From NCBI RefSeq assembly GCF_009914755.1, contig NC_060930.1: DNA of 64,000 bases; one strand, given 5' to 3'. The translations under genes and the position numbers were made by a program. The notes under the pieces are model-generated. The model had not been told where the DNA came from and ran no database searches. It saw only the letters and a program-made list of their open reading frames with translations. Of the stretch, positions 22,301 to 36,705 are shown one piece after another (position 1 is the first letter of the stretch; each line of letters opens with the position of its first letter). The DNA is from the human T2T-CHM13v2.0 reference genome, Homo sapiens.

Positions 22301-25300
22301 AGAGCGTTTCTGAAACACCCTTCTTGTAGTAGCTGCAAGTGGATATTTGGACCTATTGGAGGCCTTCTTTGGAAATGGGATTTCTTCATGTAACTCTAGA
22401 TTGAAGAATTCTCAGAAACTCCTTTGTGATGTGTGCATTCAATTCAAAGAGTGAAACCTCCCTTTTCACAGAGCAGTTTTGAAACACTGTTTTTGTAGGA
22501 TTTCCAAGGGGATATTTATAGCGCATTGAGCCTACGGCGGAAAAAGAAACATCTTCCTATAAAAACTAGACAGAATACTTCTCAGAATCTGCTTTGCGAT
22601 GTGTGCGTTCAACTCACAGAGTAAAACTTTTCTTTTGATAGAGCAGTTTTGAAACACTCTTTTTGTAGTATTTGCATGTGTATATTTAGAGCGCATTGAA
22701 GCCCACAGTAGAAAAGGAAATAACTTCACCTAAAACCTAGACAGAAGCAATCTCAGAAACTACTTTGTGATGTGTACATTCAACTCACAGAGTGGAACTT
22801 TCCTCTTTATAGAGCAGTGTTGAAACACTCTTTTTGTAGAAACTGCAAGTGGATATTTGGACCTCTTTGAGGCCTTCGTTGGAAACGGGATTTCTTCCTA
22901 TAACCCTAGACAGAAGAATTTTCAGAAACCTCATTGTGATGTGTGCGTTCATCTCACAGAGTGGAGTCTTCCGTTTGATAGAGAAGTTTTGAAACCCTGT
23001 TCTTGTAGGATTTCCAAGTGGATATTTAGACCACTTTGAAGCCTATGATAGAAAAGGAAACATCTTCATGGAAAACATAGATAGAATCATCCTCAGAAAC
23101 AACTTTGTGATGTGTGCGTTGAACTCACCGTCTTTAACCTTTCTTTTGGTAGAGAAGTTTTGAAACACTCTCTTTGTAAAGTCTACAAGTGGATATTTTG
23201 AGCCCTTGGAGGCATTCTTTGGAAAAGGGAATGTCTTCACATAAAAGGCAGACGGAAGTGTTCTCAGAAACTGCTTTGTGATGTCTGTGTTCAACTCACA
23301 GAGTTTAACATTTCCTTTGATAGAGCGGTTTAGTAACCCTCTCTTTGTAGAATTTGGAAGTGTATACTAAGAGCGCTTTGAGGCCTATGGTAGAAAAGGA
23401 AATATCTTTCCATAAAAGCTAGACAGAAGCAATCTCAGAAACTCCTTTGTGATGTCTGCATTCAACTCACCGAGTGGAACATTCCTCTTGAGAGAGCAGT
23501 TTGGAAACACTCTTTCTGTAGAATCAGCTTGTTTGTATTTGGACCTCCTTGAGGCCTTCGTTGGAAACGGGTTTTCATCTTATAAACCCAGACAGAAGAA
23601 TTCTCAGAGTCTTCTTTGTGATGTGTGCTTTCAACTCACCGAGATAAAGATTTCTCTTGATAGAGCAATTTGGAAACACTCTTTTTGTAGAATTTGCAAG
23701 GGTACATTGAGAGCGCTTTCAGGCCTATGGTAGAAAAGGGAATATCTTTCCATAAAAGGTAGACAGAAGCAATCTCAGAAACTACTTTGTGATGTGTGCA
23801 TTCAACTCACCGAGTGCAACGTTCCTCTTGACCGAGCAGTTTGGAAACATTGTTTCTGTAGAATCTGCAAGTGGATATTTGGACCTCTTTGAGGCCTTCG
23901 TTGGAAACGGGATTTCTTCCTATAAACCCAGACAGAAGAATTCTCAGAGACTTCTTTGTGATGTGTGAATTCAACTCACAGTGTGGATCCTTCCTTTTGA
24001 TAGAGCAGTTTTGAAACCCTGTTTTTGTAGTATTTCCAAGCGGATATTTGGAACGCCTTGAAGCGTATGGTAGAAAAGGAAATATCTTCCCATAAAACCT
24101 AGACAGAACCAATCTCAGAAACGACTTTGTGATGTCTGCATTCAAGTCACAGAGTTGAACATTTCTCTTGATAGAGCAGTTTTGAAACCCTCTTTCTGAA
24201 GGATCTGCAAGTGGATATTTGGAACTCCTTTGGGTCTTCGTTGGAAACGGGATTTCTTCGTATAAATCTAGACAGAAGAATTCTCCGAAACTTCTTTGGT
24301 TGTGTGCATTCAAGTCACAGAGTGGAACCTTCCTTTGGATAGAGCAGTTTGAAACGCCGTGGTTGTAGTATTTCCAAGCGGATATTAGAGCGCCTTGAGG
24401 CCTATGGTAGAAAAGGAAATATCTTCCCATAAAACCTAGACGGAAGCAATGTCAGAAACTACTGTGTGATGGCTGCATTCCACACACACGGTGGAACATT
24501 TCTCTTGATAGAGCAGTTTTGAAACACTCTTTCTGTAGAATCTGCAAGTGGATAATTGGACCGCCTTGAGGCCTTCGTTGGAAACGGGATTTCTTCATGT
24601 TACTCTAGATAGAAGAATTCTCAAACACTGCTATGTGATGTTTGCATTCAAGTCACAGAGTGCAACATTCCTCTTGGTAGAGCAGTTGGGAAACACTCCT
24701 TTTGTAGAATCTGCAATGGGATATTTGGACTTCTTTGAGGCCTTCGTTGGAAACGGGATTTCTTCGTATGAATCTAGACAGAAGAATTCTCAGAAACTTC
24801 CTTGTGATGTGTGCATTCAACTCAGCGAGTGGCACCTTCCTTTGGATACAGCAGTTTTGAAACACTGTTTTTGTAGTATTTCCAAGCGGATATTTAGAGC
24901 GCCTTGAAGCCTATGCTAGAAATGGAAATATCTCCCCATAAAACCAAGACAGAAGCAATCTCAGAAACTAATGTGTGATGGCTGCATTCCACACACACGG
25001 TGGCCCATTTCTCTTGATAGAGCAGTTTTGAAACACTCTTTCTGTAGAATCTGCAAGTGGATAATTGGACCTCCGAGAGGCCTTCGTTGGAAACGGGATT
25101 TCTTCATCTAAACCTACAGAGAAGAATTCTCAGTAACTTCTTCGGATGTGTGCATTCGACGCACAGAATGGAACATTCCCTTTGATAGAGCAGTTTTGAG
25201 ACACCGTTTTTGTAGAATTCCCAAGTGGATATTTAGAGCACTTTGAAGTCTCTGCTAGAAAAGGAAACATCTTCATGTAAAAAGTAGATAGAATCGTTCT

Positions 25301-28300
25301 CAGAAAGTGCTTAGTGACGTGTGCGTTCAACTCACAGAGTTTAACGTTTCTTTTGATAGAGCGTTTCTGAAACACCCTTCTTGTAGTAGCTGCAAGTGGA
25401 TATTTGGACCTATTGGAGGCCTTCTTTGGAAATGGGATTTCTTCATGTAACTCTAGATTGAAGAGTTCTCAGAAACTCCTTTGTGATGTGTGCATTCAAT
25501 TCAAAGAGTGAAACCTCCCTTTTCACAGAGCAGTTTTGAAACACTGTTTTTGTAGGATTTCCAAGGGGATATTTATAGCGCATTGAGCCTACGGCGGAAA
25601 AAGAAACATCTTCCTATAAAAACTAGACAGAATACTTCTCAGAATCTGCTTTGCGATGTGTGCGTTCAACTCACAGAGTAAAACTTTTCTTTTGATAGAG
25701 CAGTTTTGAAACACTCTTTTTGTAGTATTTGCATGTGTATATTTAGAGCGCATTGAAGCCCACAGTAGAAAAGGAAATAACTTCACCTAAAACCTAGACA
25801 GAAGCAATCTCAGAAACTACTTTGTGATGTGTACATTCAACTCACAGAGTGGAACTTTCCTCTTTATAGAGCAGTGTTGAAACACTCTTTTTGTAGAAAC
25901 TGCAAGTGGATATTTGGACCTCTTTGAGGCCTTCGTTGGAAACGGGATTTCTTCCTATAACCCTAGACAGAAGAATTTTCAGAAACCTCATTGTGATGTG
26001 TGCGTTCATCTCACAGAGTGGAGTCTTCCGTTTGATAGAGAAGTTTTGAAACCCTGTTCTTGTAGGATTTCCAAGTGGATATTTAGACCACTTTGAAGCC
26101 TATGATAGAAAAGGAAACATCTTCATGGAAAACATAGATAGAATCATCCTCAGAAACAACTTTGTGATGTGTGCGTTGAACTCACCGTCTTTAACCTTTC
26201 TTTTGGTAGAGAAGTTTTGAAACACTCTCTTTGTAAAGTCTACAAGTGGATATTTTGAGCCCTTGGAGGCATTCTTTGGAAAAGGGAATGTCTTCACATA
26301 AAAGGCAGACGGAAGTGTTCTCAGAAACTGCTTTGTGATGTCTGTGTTCAACTCACAGAGTTTAACATTTCCTTTGATAGAGCGGTTTAGTAACCCTCTC
26401 TTTGTAGAATTTGGAAGTGTATACTAAGAGCGCTTTGAGGCCTATGGTAGAAAAGGAAATATCTTTCCATAAAAGCTAGACAGAAGCAATCTCAGAAACT
26501 CCTTTGCGATGTCTGCATTCAACTCACCGAGTGGAACATTCCTCTTGAGAGAGCAGTTTGGAAACACTCTTTCTGTAGAATCAGCTTGTTTGTATTTGGA
26601 CCTCCTTGAGGCCTTCGTTGGAAACGGGTTTTCATCTTATAAACCCAGACAGAAGAATTCTCAGAGTCTTCTTTGTGATGTGTGCTTTCAACTCACCGAG
26701 ATAAAGATTTCTCTTGATAGAGCAATTTGGAAACACTCTTTTTGTAGAATTTGCAAGGGTACATTGAGAGCGCTTTCAGGCCTATGGTAGAAAAGGGAAT
26801 ATCTTTCCATAAAAGGTAGACAGAAGCAATCTCAGAAACTACTTTGTGATGTGTGCATTCAACTCACCGAGTGCAACGTTCCTCTTGACCGAGCAGTTTG
26901 GAAACATTGTTTCTGTAGAATCTGCAAGTGGATATTTGGACCTCTTTGAGGCCTTCGTTGGAAACGGGATTTCTTCCTATAAACCCAGACAGAAGAATTC
27001 TCAGAGACTTCTTTGTGATGTGTGAATTCAACTCACAGTGTGGATCCTTCCTTTTGATAGAGCAGTTTTGAAACCCTGTTTTTGTAGTATTTCCAAGCGG
27101 ATATTCGGAACGCCTTGAAGCGTATGGTAGAAAAGGAAATATCTTCCCATAAAACCTAGACAGAACCAATCTCAGAAACGACTTTGTGATGTCTGCATTC
27201 AAGTCACAGAGTTGAACATTTCTCTTGATAGAGCAGTTTTGAAACCCTCTTTCTGAAGGATCTGCAAGTGGATATTTGGAACTCCTTTGGGTCTTCGTTG
27301 GAAACGGGATTTCTTCGTATAAATCTAGACAGAAGAATTCTCCGAAACTTCTTTGGTTGTGTGCATTCAAGTCACAGAGTGGAACCTTCCTTTGGATAGA
27401 GCAGTTTGAAACGCCGTGGTTGTAGTATTTCCAAGCGGATATTAGAGCGCCTTGAGGCCTATGGTAGAAAAGGAAATATCTTCCCATAAAACCTAGACGG
27501 AAGCAATCTCAGAAACTACTGTGTGATGGCTGCATTCCACACACACGGTGGAACATTTCTCTTGATAGAGCAGTTTTGAAACACTCTTTCTGTAGAATCT
27601 GCAAGTGGATAATTGGACCGCCTTGAGGCCTTCGTTGGAAACGGGATTTCTTCATGTTACTCTAGATAGAAGAATTCTCAAACACTGCTATGTGATGTTT
27701 GCATTCAAGTCACAGAGTGCAACATTCCTCTTGGTAGAGCAGTTGGGAAACACTCCTTTTGTAGAATCTGCAATGGGATATTTGGACTTCTTTGAGGCCT
27801 TCGTTGGAAACGGGATTTCTTCGTATGAATCTAGACAGAAGAATTCTCAGAAACTTCCTTGTGATGTGTGCATTCAACTCAGCGAGTGGCACCTTCCTTT
27901 GGATACAGCAGTTTTGAAACACTGTTTTTGTAGTATTTCCAAGCGGATATTTAGAGCGCCTTGAAGCCTATGCTAGAAATGGAAATATCTCCCCATAAAA
28001 CCAAGACGGAAGCAATCTCAGAAACTAATGTGTGATGGCTGCATTCCACACACACGGTGGACCATTTCTCTTGATAGAGCAGTTTTGAAACACTCTTTCT
28101 GTAGAATCTGCAAGTGGATAATTGGACCTCCTAGAGGCCTTCGTTGGAAACGGGATTTCTTCATCTAAACCTACAGAGAAGAATTCTCAGTAACTTCTTC
28201 GGATGTGTGCATTCGACGCACAGAATGGAACATTCCCTTTGATAGAGCAGTTTTGAGACACCGTTTTTGTAGAATTCCCAAGTGGATATTTAGAGCACTT

Positions 28301-31300
28301 TGAAGTCTCTGCTAGAAAAGGAAACATCTTCATGTAAAAAGTAGATAGAATCGTTCTCAGAAAGTGCTTAGTGTCGTGTGCGTTCAACTCACAGAGTTTA
28401 ACGTTTCTTTTGATAGAGCGTTTCTGAAACACCCTTCTTGTAGTAGCTGCAAGTGGATATTTGGACCTATTGGAGGCCTTCTTTGGAAATGGGATTTCTT
28501 CATGTAACTCTAGATTGAAGAATTCTCAGAAACTCCTTTGTGATGTGTGCATTCAATTCAAAGAGTGAAACCTCCCTTTTCACAGAGCAGTTTTGAAACA
28601 CTGTTTTTGTAGGATTTCCAAGGGGATATTTATAGCGCATTGAGCCTACGGCGGAAAAAGAAACATCTTCCTATAAAAACTAGACAGAATACTTCTCAGA
28701 ATCTGCTTTGCGATGTGTGCGTTCAACTCACAGAGTAAAACTTTTCTTTTGATAGAGCAGTTTTGAAACACTCTTTTTGTAGTATTTGCATGTGTATATT
28801 TAGAGCGCATTGAAGCCCACAGTAGAAAAGGAAATAACTTCACCTAAAACCTAGACAGAAGCAATCTCAGAAACTACTTTGTGATGTGTACATTCAACTC
28901 ACAGAGTGGAACTTTCCTCTTTATAGAGCAGTGTTGAAACACTCTTTTTGTAGAAACTGCAAGTGGATATTTGGACCTCTTTGAGGCCTTCGTTGGAAAC
29001 GGGATTTCTTCCTATAACCCTAGACAGAAGAATTTTCAGAAACCTCATTGTGATGTGTGCGTTCATCTCACAGAGTGGAGTCTTCCGTTTGATAGAGAAG
29101 TTTTGAAACCCTGTTCTTGTAGGATTTCCAAGTGGATATTTAGACCACTTTGAAGCCTATGATAGAAAAGGAAACATCTTCATGGAAAACATAGATAGAA
29201 TCATCCTCAGAAACAACTTTGTGATGTGTGCGTTGAACTCACCGTCTTTAACCTTTCTTTTGGTAGAGAAGTTTTGAAACACTCTCTTTGTAAAGTCTAC
29301 AAGTGGATATTTTGAGCCCTTGGAGGCATTCTTTGGAAAAGGGAATGTCTTCACATAAAAGGCAGACGGAAGTGTTCTCAGAAACTGCTTTGTGATGTCT
29401 GTGTTCAACTCACAGAGTTTAACATTTCCTTTGATAGAGCGGTTTAGTAACCCTCTCTTTGTAGAATTTGGAAGTGTATACTAAGAGCGCTTTGAGGCCT
29501 ATGGTAGAAAAGGAAATATCTTTCCATAAAAGCTAGACAGAAGCAATCTCAGAAACTCCTTTGTGATGTCTGCATTCAACTCACCGAGTGGAACATTCCT
29601 CTTGAGAGAGCAGTTTGGAAACACTCTTTCTGTAGAATCAGCTTGTTTGTATTTGGACCTCCTTGAGGCCTTCGTTGGAAACGGGTTTTCATCTTATAAA
29701 CCCAGACAGAAGAATTCTCAGAGTCTTCTTTGTGATGTGTGCTTTCAACTCACCGAGATAAAGATTTCTCTTGATAGAGCAATTTGGAAACACTCTTTTT
29801 GTAGAATTTGCAAGGGTACATTGAGAGCGCTTTCAGGCCTATGGTAGAAAAGGGAATATCTTTCCATAAAAGGTAGACAGAAGCAATCTCAGAAACTACT
29901 TTGTGATGTGTGCATTCAACTCACCGAGTGCAACGTTCCTCTTGACCGAGCAGTTTGGAAACATTGTTTCTGTAGAATCTGCAAGTGGATATTTGGACCT
30001 CTTTGAGGCCTTCGTTGGAAACGGGATTTCTTCCTATAAACCCAGACAGAAGAATTCTCAGAGACTTCTTTGTGATGTGTGAATTCAACTCACAGTGTGG
30101 ATCCTTCCTTTTGATAGAGCAGTTTTGAAACCCTGTTTTTGTAGTATTTCCAAGCGGATATTTGGAACGCCTTGAAGCGTATGGTAGAAAAGGAAATATC
30201 TTCCCATAAAACCTAGACAGAACCAATCTCAGAAACGACTTTGTGATGTCTGCATTCAAGTCACAGAGTTGAACATTTCTCTTGATAGAGCAGTTTTGAA
30301 ACCCTCTTTCTGAAGGATCTGCAAGTGGATATTTGGAACTCCTTTGGGTCTTCGTTGGAAACGGGATTTCTTCGTATAAATCTAGACAGAAGAATTCTCC
30401 GAAACTTCTTTGGTTGTGTGCATTCAAGTCACAGAGTGGAACCTTCCTTTGGATAGAGCAGTTTGAAACGCCGTGGTTGTAGTATTTCCAAGCGGATATT
30501 AGAGCGCCTTGAGGCCTATGGTAGAAAAGGAAATATCTTCCCATAAAACCTAGACGGAAGCAATCTCAGAAACTACTGTGTGATGGCTGCATTCCACACA
30601 CACGGTGGAACATTTCTCTTGATAGAGCAGTTTTGAAACACTCTTTCTGTAGAATCTGCAAGTGGATAATTGGACCGCCTTGAGGCCTTCGTTGGAAACG
30701 GGATTTCTTCATGTTACTCTAGATAGAAGAATTCTCAAACACTGCTATGTGATGTTTGCATTCAAGTCACAGAGTGCAACATTCCTCTTGGTAGAGCAGT
30801 TGGGAAACACTCCTTTTGTAGAATCTGCAATGGGATATTTGGACTTCTTTGAGGCCTTCGTTGGAAACGGGATTTCTTCGTATGAATCTAGACAGAAGAA
30901 TTCTCAGAAACTTCCTTGTGATGTGTGCATTCAACTCAGCGAGTGGCACCTTCCTTTGGATACAGCAGTTTTGAAACACTGTTTTTGTAGTATTTCCAAG
31001 CGGATATTTAGAGCGCCTTGAAGCCTATGCTAGAAATGGAAATATCTCCCCATAAAACCAAGACAGAAGCAATCTCAGAAACTAATGTGTGATGGCTGCA
31101 TTCCACACACACGGTGGCCCATTTCTCTTGATAGAGCAGTTTTGAAACACTCTTTCTGTAGAATCTGCAAGTGGATAATTGGACCTCCGAGAGGCCTTCG
31201 TTGGAAACGGGATTTCTTCATCTAAACCTACAGAGAAGAATTCTCAGTAACTTCTTCGGATGTGTGCATTCGACGCACAGAATGGAACATTCCCTTTGAT

Positions 31301-31603
31301 AGAGCAGTTTTGAGACACCGTTTTTGTAGAATTCCCAAGTGGATATTTAGAGCACTTTGAAGTCTCTGCTAGAAAAGGAAACATCTTCATGTAAAAAGTA
31401 GATAGAATCGTTCTCAGAAAGTGCTTAGTGACGTGTGCGTTCAACTCACAGAGTTTAACGTTTCTTTTGATAGAGCGTTTCTGAAACACCCTTCTTGTAG
31501 TAGCTGCAAGTGGATATTTGGACCTATTGGAGGCCTTCTTTGGAAATGGGATTTCTTCATGTAACTCTAGATTGAAGAGTTCTCAGAAACTCCTTTGTGA
31601 TGT
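19376..31603 (+). repeat. Four 18-mer HOR copies (units 8-11)
   Basis: Marker ORF at 19475, 22532, 25589, 28646, 31703 (spacing 3057). Confidence 0.97.
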
Positions 31604-34600
31604 GTGCATTCAATTCAAAGAGTGAAACCTCCCTTTTCACAGAGCAGTTTTGAAACACTGTTTTTGTAGGATTTCCAAGGGGATATTTATAGCGCATTGA
31701 GCCTACGGCGGAAAAAGAAACATCTTCCTATAAAAACTAGACAGAATACTTCTCAGAATCTGCTTTGCGATGTGTGCGTTCAACTCACAGAGTAAAACTT
31801 TTCTTTTGATAGAGCAGTTTTGAAACACTCTTTTTGTAGTATTTGCATGTGTATATTTAGAGCGCATTGAAGCCCACAGTAGAAAAGGAAATAACTTCAC
31901 CTAAAACCTAGACAGAAGCAATCTCAGAAACTACTTTGTGATGTGTACATTCAACTCACAGAGTGGAACTTTCCTCTTTATAGAGCAGTGTTGAAACACT
32001 CTTTTTGTAGAAACTGCAAGTGGATATTTGGACCTCTTTGAGGCCTTCGTTGGAAACGGGATTTCTTCCTATAACCCTAGACAGAAGAATTTTCAGAAAC
32101 CTCATTGTGATGTGTGCGTTCATCTCACAGAGTGGAGTCTTCCGTTTGATAGAGAAGTTTTGAAACCCTGTTCTTGTAGGATTTCCAAGTGGATATTTAG
32201 ACCACTTTGAAGCCTATGATAGAAAAGGAAACATCTTCATGGAAAACATAGATAGAATCATCCTCAGAAACAACTTTGTGATGTGTGCGTTGAACTCACC
32301 GTCTTTAACCTTTCTTTTGGTAGAGAAGTTTTGAAACACTCTCTTTGTAAAGTCTACAAGTGGATATTTTGAGCCCTTGGAGGCATTCTTTGGAAAAGGG
32401 AATGTCTTCACATAAAAGGCAGACGGAAGTGTTCTCAGAAACTGCTTTGTGATGTCTGTGTTCAACTCACAGAGTTTAACATTTCCTTTGATAGAGCGGT
32501 TTAGTAACCCTCTCTTTGTAGAATTTGGAAGTGTATACTAAGAGCGCTTTGAGGCCTATGGTAGAAAAGGAAATATCTTTCCATAAAAGCTAGACAGAAG
32601 CAATCTCAGAAACTCCTTTGTGATGTCTGCATTCAACTCACCGAGTGGAACATTCCTCTTGAGAGAGCAGTTTGGAAACACTCTTTCTGTAGAATCAGCT
32701 TGTTTGTATTTGGACCTCCTTGAGGCCTTCGTTGGAAACGGGTTTTCATCTTATAAACCCAGACAGAAGAATTCTCAGAGTCTTCTTTGTGATGTGTGCT
32801 TTCAACTCACCGAGATAAAGATTTCTCTTGATAGAGCAATTTGGAAACACTCTTTTTGTAGAATTTGCAAGGGTACATTGAGAGCGCTTTCAGGCCTATG
32901 GTAGAAAAGGGAATATCTTTCCATAAAAGGTAGACAGAAGCAATCTCAGAAACTACTTTGTGATGTGTGCATTCAACTCACCGAGTGCAACGTTCCTCTT
33001 GACCGAGCAGTTTGGAAACATTGTTTCTGTAGAATCTGCAAGTGGATATTTGGACCTCTTTGAGGCCTTCGTTGGAAACGGGATTTCTTCCTATAAACCC
33101 AGACAGAAGAATTCTCAGAGACTTCTTTGTGATGTGTGAATTCAACTCACAGTGTGGATCCTTCCTTTTGATAGAGCAGTTTTGAAACCCTGTTTTTGTA
33201 GTATTTCCAAGCGGATATTTGGAACGCCTTGAAGCGTATGGTAGAAAAGGAAATATCTTCCCATAAAACCTAGACAGAACCAATCTCAGAAACGACTTTG
33301 TGATGTCTGCATTCAAGTCACAGAGTTGAACATTTCTCTTGATAGAGCAGTTTTGAAACCCTCTTTCTGAAGGATCTGCAAGTGGATATTTGGAACTCCT
33401 TTGGGTCTTCGTTGGAAACGGGATTTCTTCGTATAAATCTAGACAGAAGAATTCTCAGAAACTTCCTTGTGATGTGTGCATTCAACTCAGCGAGTGGCAC
33501 CTTCCTTTGGATACAGCAGTTTTGAAACACTGTTTTTGTAGTATTTCCAAGCGGATATTTAGAGCGCCTTGAAGCCTATGCTAGAAATGGAAATATCTCC
33601 CCATAAAACCAAGACGGAAGCAATCTCAGAAACTAATGTGTGATGGCTGCATTCCACACACACGGTGGACCATTTCTCTTGATAGAGCTGTTTTGAAACA
33701 CTCTTTCTGTAGAATCTGCAAGTGGATAATTGGACCTCCGAGAGGCCTTCGTTGGAAACGGGATTTCTTCATCTAAACCTACAGAGAAGTATTCTCAGTA
33801 ACTTCTTCGGATGTGTGCATTCGACGCACAGAATGGAACATTCCCTTTGATAGAGCAGTTTTGAGACACCGTTTTTGTAGAATTCCCAAGTGGATATTTA
33901 GAGCACTTTGAAGTCTCTGCTAGAAAAGGAAACATCTTCATGTAAAAAGTAGATAGAATCGTTCTCAGAAAGTGCTTAGTGTCGTGTGCGTTCAACTCAC
34001 AGAGTTTAACGTTTCTTTTGATAGAGCGTTTCTGAAACACCCTTCTTGTAGTAGCTGCAAGTGGATATTTGGACCTATTGGAGGCCTTCTTTGGAAATGG
34101 GATTTCTTCATGTAACTCTAGATTGAAGAATTCTCAGAAACTCCTTTGTGATGTGTGCATTCCATTCAAAGAGTGAAACCTCTCTTTTCACAGAGCAGTT
34201 TTGAAACACTGTTTTTGTAGGATTTCCAAGGGGATATTTATAGCGCATTGAGCCTACGGCGGAAAAAGAAACATCTTCCTATAAAAACTAGACAGAATAC
34301 TTCTCAGAATCTGCTTTGCGATGTGTGCGTTCAACTCACAGAGTAAAACTTTTCTTTTGATAGAGCAGTTTTGAAACACTCTTTTTGTAGTATTTGCATG
34401 TGTATATTTAGAGCGCATTGAAGCCCACAGTAGAAAAGGAAATAACTTCACCTAAAACCTAGACAGAAGCAATCTCAGAAACTACTTTGTGATGTGTACA
34501 TTCAACTCACAGAGTGGAACTTTCCTCTTTATAGAGCAGTGTTGAAACACTCTTTTTGTAGAAACTGCAAGTGGATATTTGGACCTCTTTGAGGCCTTCG

Positions 34601-36705
34601 TTGGAAACGGGATTTCTTCCTATAACCCTAGACAGAAGAATTTTCAGAAACCTCATTGTGATGTGTGCGTTCATCTCACAGAGTGGAGTCTTCCGTTTGA
34701 TAGAGAAGTTTTGAAACCCTGTTCTTGTAGGATTTCCAAGTGGATATTTAGACCACTTTGAAGCCTATGATAGAAAAGGAAACATCTTCATGGAAAACAT
34801 AGATAGAATCATCCTCAGAAACAACTTTGTGATGTGTGCGTTGAACTCACCGTCTTTAACCTTTCTTTTGGTAGAGAAGTTTTGAAACACTCTCTTTGTA
34901 AAGTCTACAAGTGGATATTTTGAGCCCTTGGAGGCATTCTTTGGAAAAGGGAATGTCTTCACATAAAAGGCAGACGGAAGTGTTCTCAGAAACTGCTTTG
35001 TGATGTCTGTGTTCAACTCACAGAGTTTAACATTTCCTTTGATAGAGCGGTTTAGTAACCCTCTCTTTGTAGAATTTGGAAGTGTATACTAAGAGCGCTT
35101 TGAGGCCTATGGTAGAAAAGGAAATATCTTTCCATAAAAGCTAGACAGAAGCAATCTCAGAAACTCCTTTGTGATGTCTGCATTCAACTCACCGAGTGGA
35201 ACATTCCTCTTGAGAGAGCAGTTTGGAAACACTCTTTCTGTAGAATCAGCTTGTTTGTATTTGGACCTCCTTGAGGCCTTCGTTGGAAACGGGTTTTCAT
35301 CTTATAAACCCAGACAGAAGAATTCTCAGAGTCTTCTTTGTGATGTGTGCTTTCAACTCACCGAGATAAAGATTTCTCTTGATAGAGCAATTTGGAAACA
35401 CTCTTTTTGTAGAATTTGCAAGGGTACATTGAGAGCGCTTTCAGGCCTATGGTAGAAAAGGGAATATCTTTCCATAAAAGGTAGACAGAAGCAATCTCAG
35501 AAACTACTTTGTGATGTGTGCATTCAACTCACCGAGTGCAACGTTCCTCTTGACCGAGCAGTTTGGAAACATTGTTTCTGTAGAATCTGCAAGTGGATAT
35601 TTGGACCTCTTTGAGGCCTTCGTTGGAAACGGGATTTCTTCCTATAAACCCAGACAGAAGAATTCTCAGAGACTTCTTTGTGATGTGTGAATTCAACTCA
35701 CAGTGTGGATCCTTCCTTTTGATAGAGCAGTTTTGAAACCCTGTTTTTGTAGTATTTCCAAGCGGATATTTGGAACGCCTTGAAGCGTATGGTAGAAAAG
35801 GAAATATCTTCCCATAAAACCTAGACAGAACCAATCTCAGAAACGACTTTGTGATGTCTGCATTCAAGTCACAGAGTTGAACATTTCTCTTGATAGAGCA
35901 GTTTTGAAACCCTCTTTCTGAAGGATCTGCAAGTGGATATTTGGAACTCCTTTGGGTCTTCGTTGGAAACGGGATTTCTTCGTATAAATCTAGACAGAAG
36001 AATTCTCAGAAACTTCCTTGTGATGTGTGCATTCAACTCAGCGAGTGGCACCTTCCTTTGGATACAGCAGTTTTGAAACACTGTTTTTGTAGTATTTCCA
36101 AGCGGATATTTAGAGCGCCTTGAAGCCTATGCTAGAAATGGAAATATCTCCCCATAAAACCAAGACGGAAGCAATCTCAGAAACTAATGTGTGATGGCTG
36201 CATTCCACACACACGGTGGACCATTTCTCTTGATAGAGCAGTTTTGAAACACTCTTTCTGTAGAATCTGCAAGTGGATAATTGGACCTCCTAGAGGCCTT
36301 CGTTGGAAACGGGATTTCTTCATCTAAACCTACAGAGAAGTATTCTCAGTAACTTCTTCGGATGTGTGCATTCGACGCACAGAATGGAACATTCCCTTTG
36401 ATAGAGCAGTTTTGAGACACCGTTTTTGTAGAATTCCCAAGTGGATATTTAGAGCACTTTGAAGTCTCTGCTAGAAAAGGAAACATCTTCATGTAAAAAG
36501 TAGATAGAATCGTTCTCAGAAAGTGCTTAGTGTCGTGTGCGTTCAACTCACAGAGTTTAACGTTTCTTTTGATAGAGCGTTTCTGAAACACCCTTCTTGT
36601 AGTAGCTGCAAGTGGATATTTGGACCTATTGGAGGCCTTCTTTGGAAATGGGATTTCTTCATGTAACTCTAGATTGAAGAATTCTCAGAAACTCCTTTGT
36701 GATGT
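31604..36705 (+). repeat. Two 15-mer variant HOR copies (units 12-13)
   Basis: Marker ORF at 31703, 34254, 36805 (spacing 2551). Confidence 0.97.
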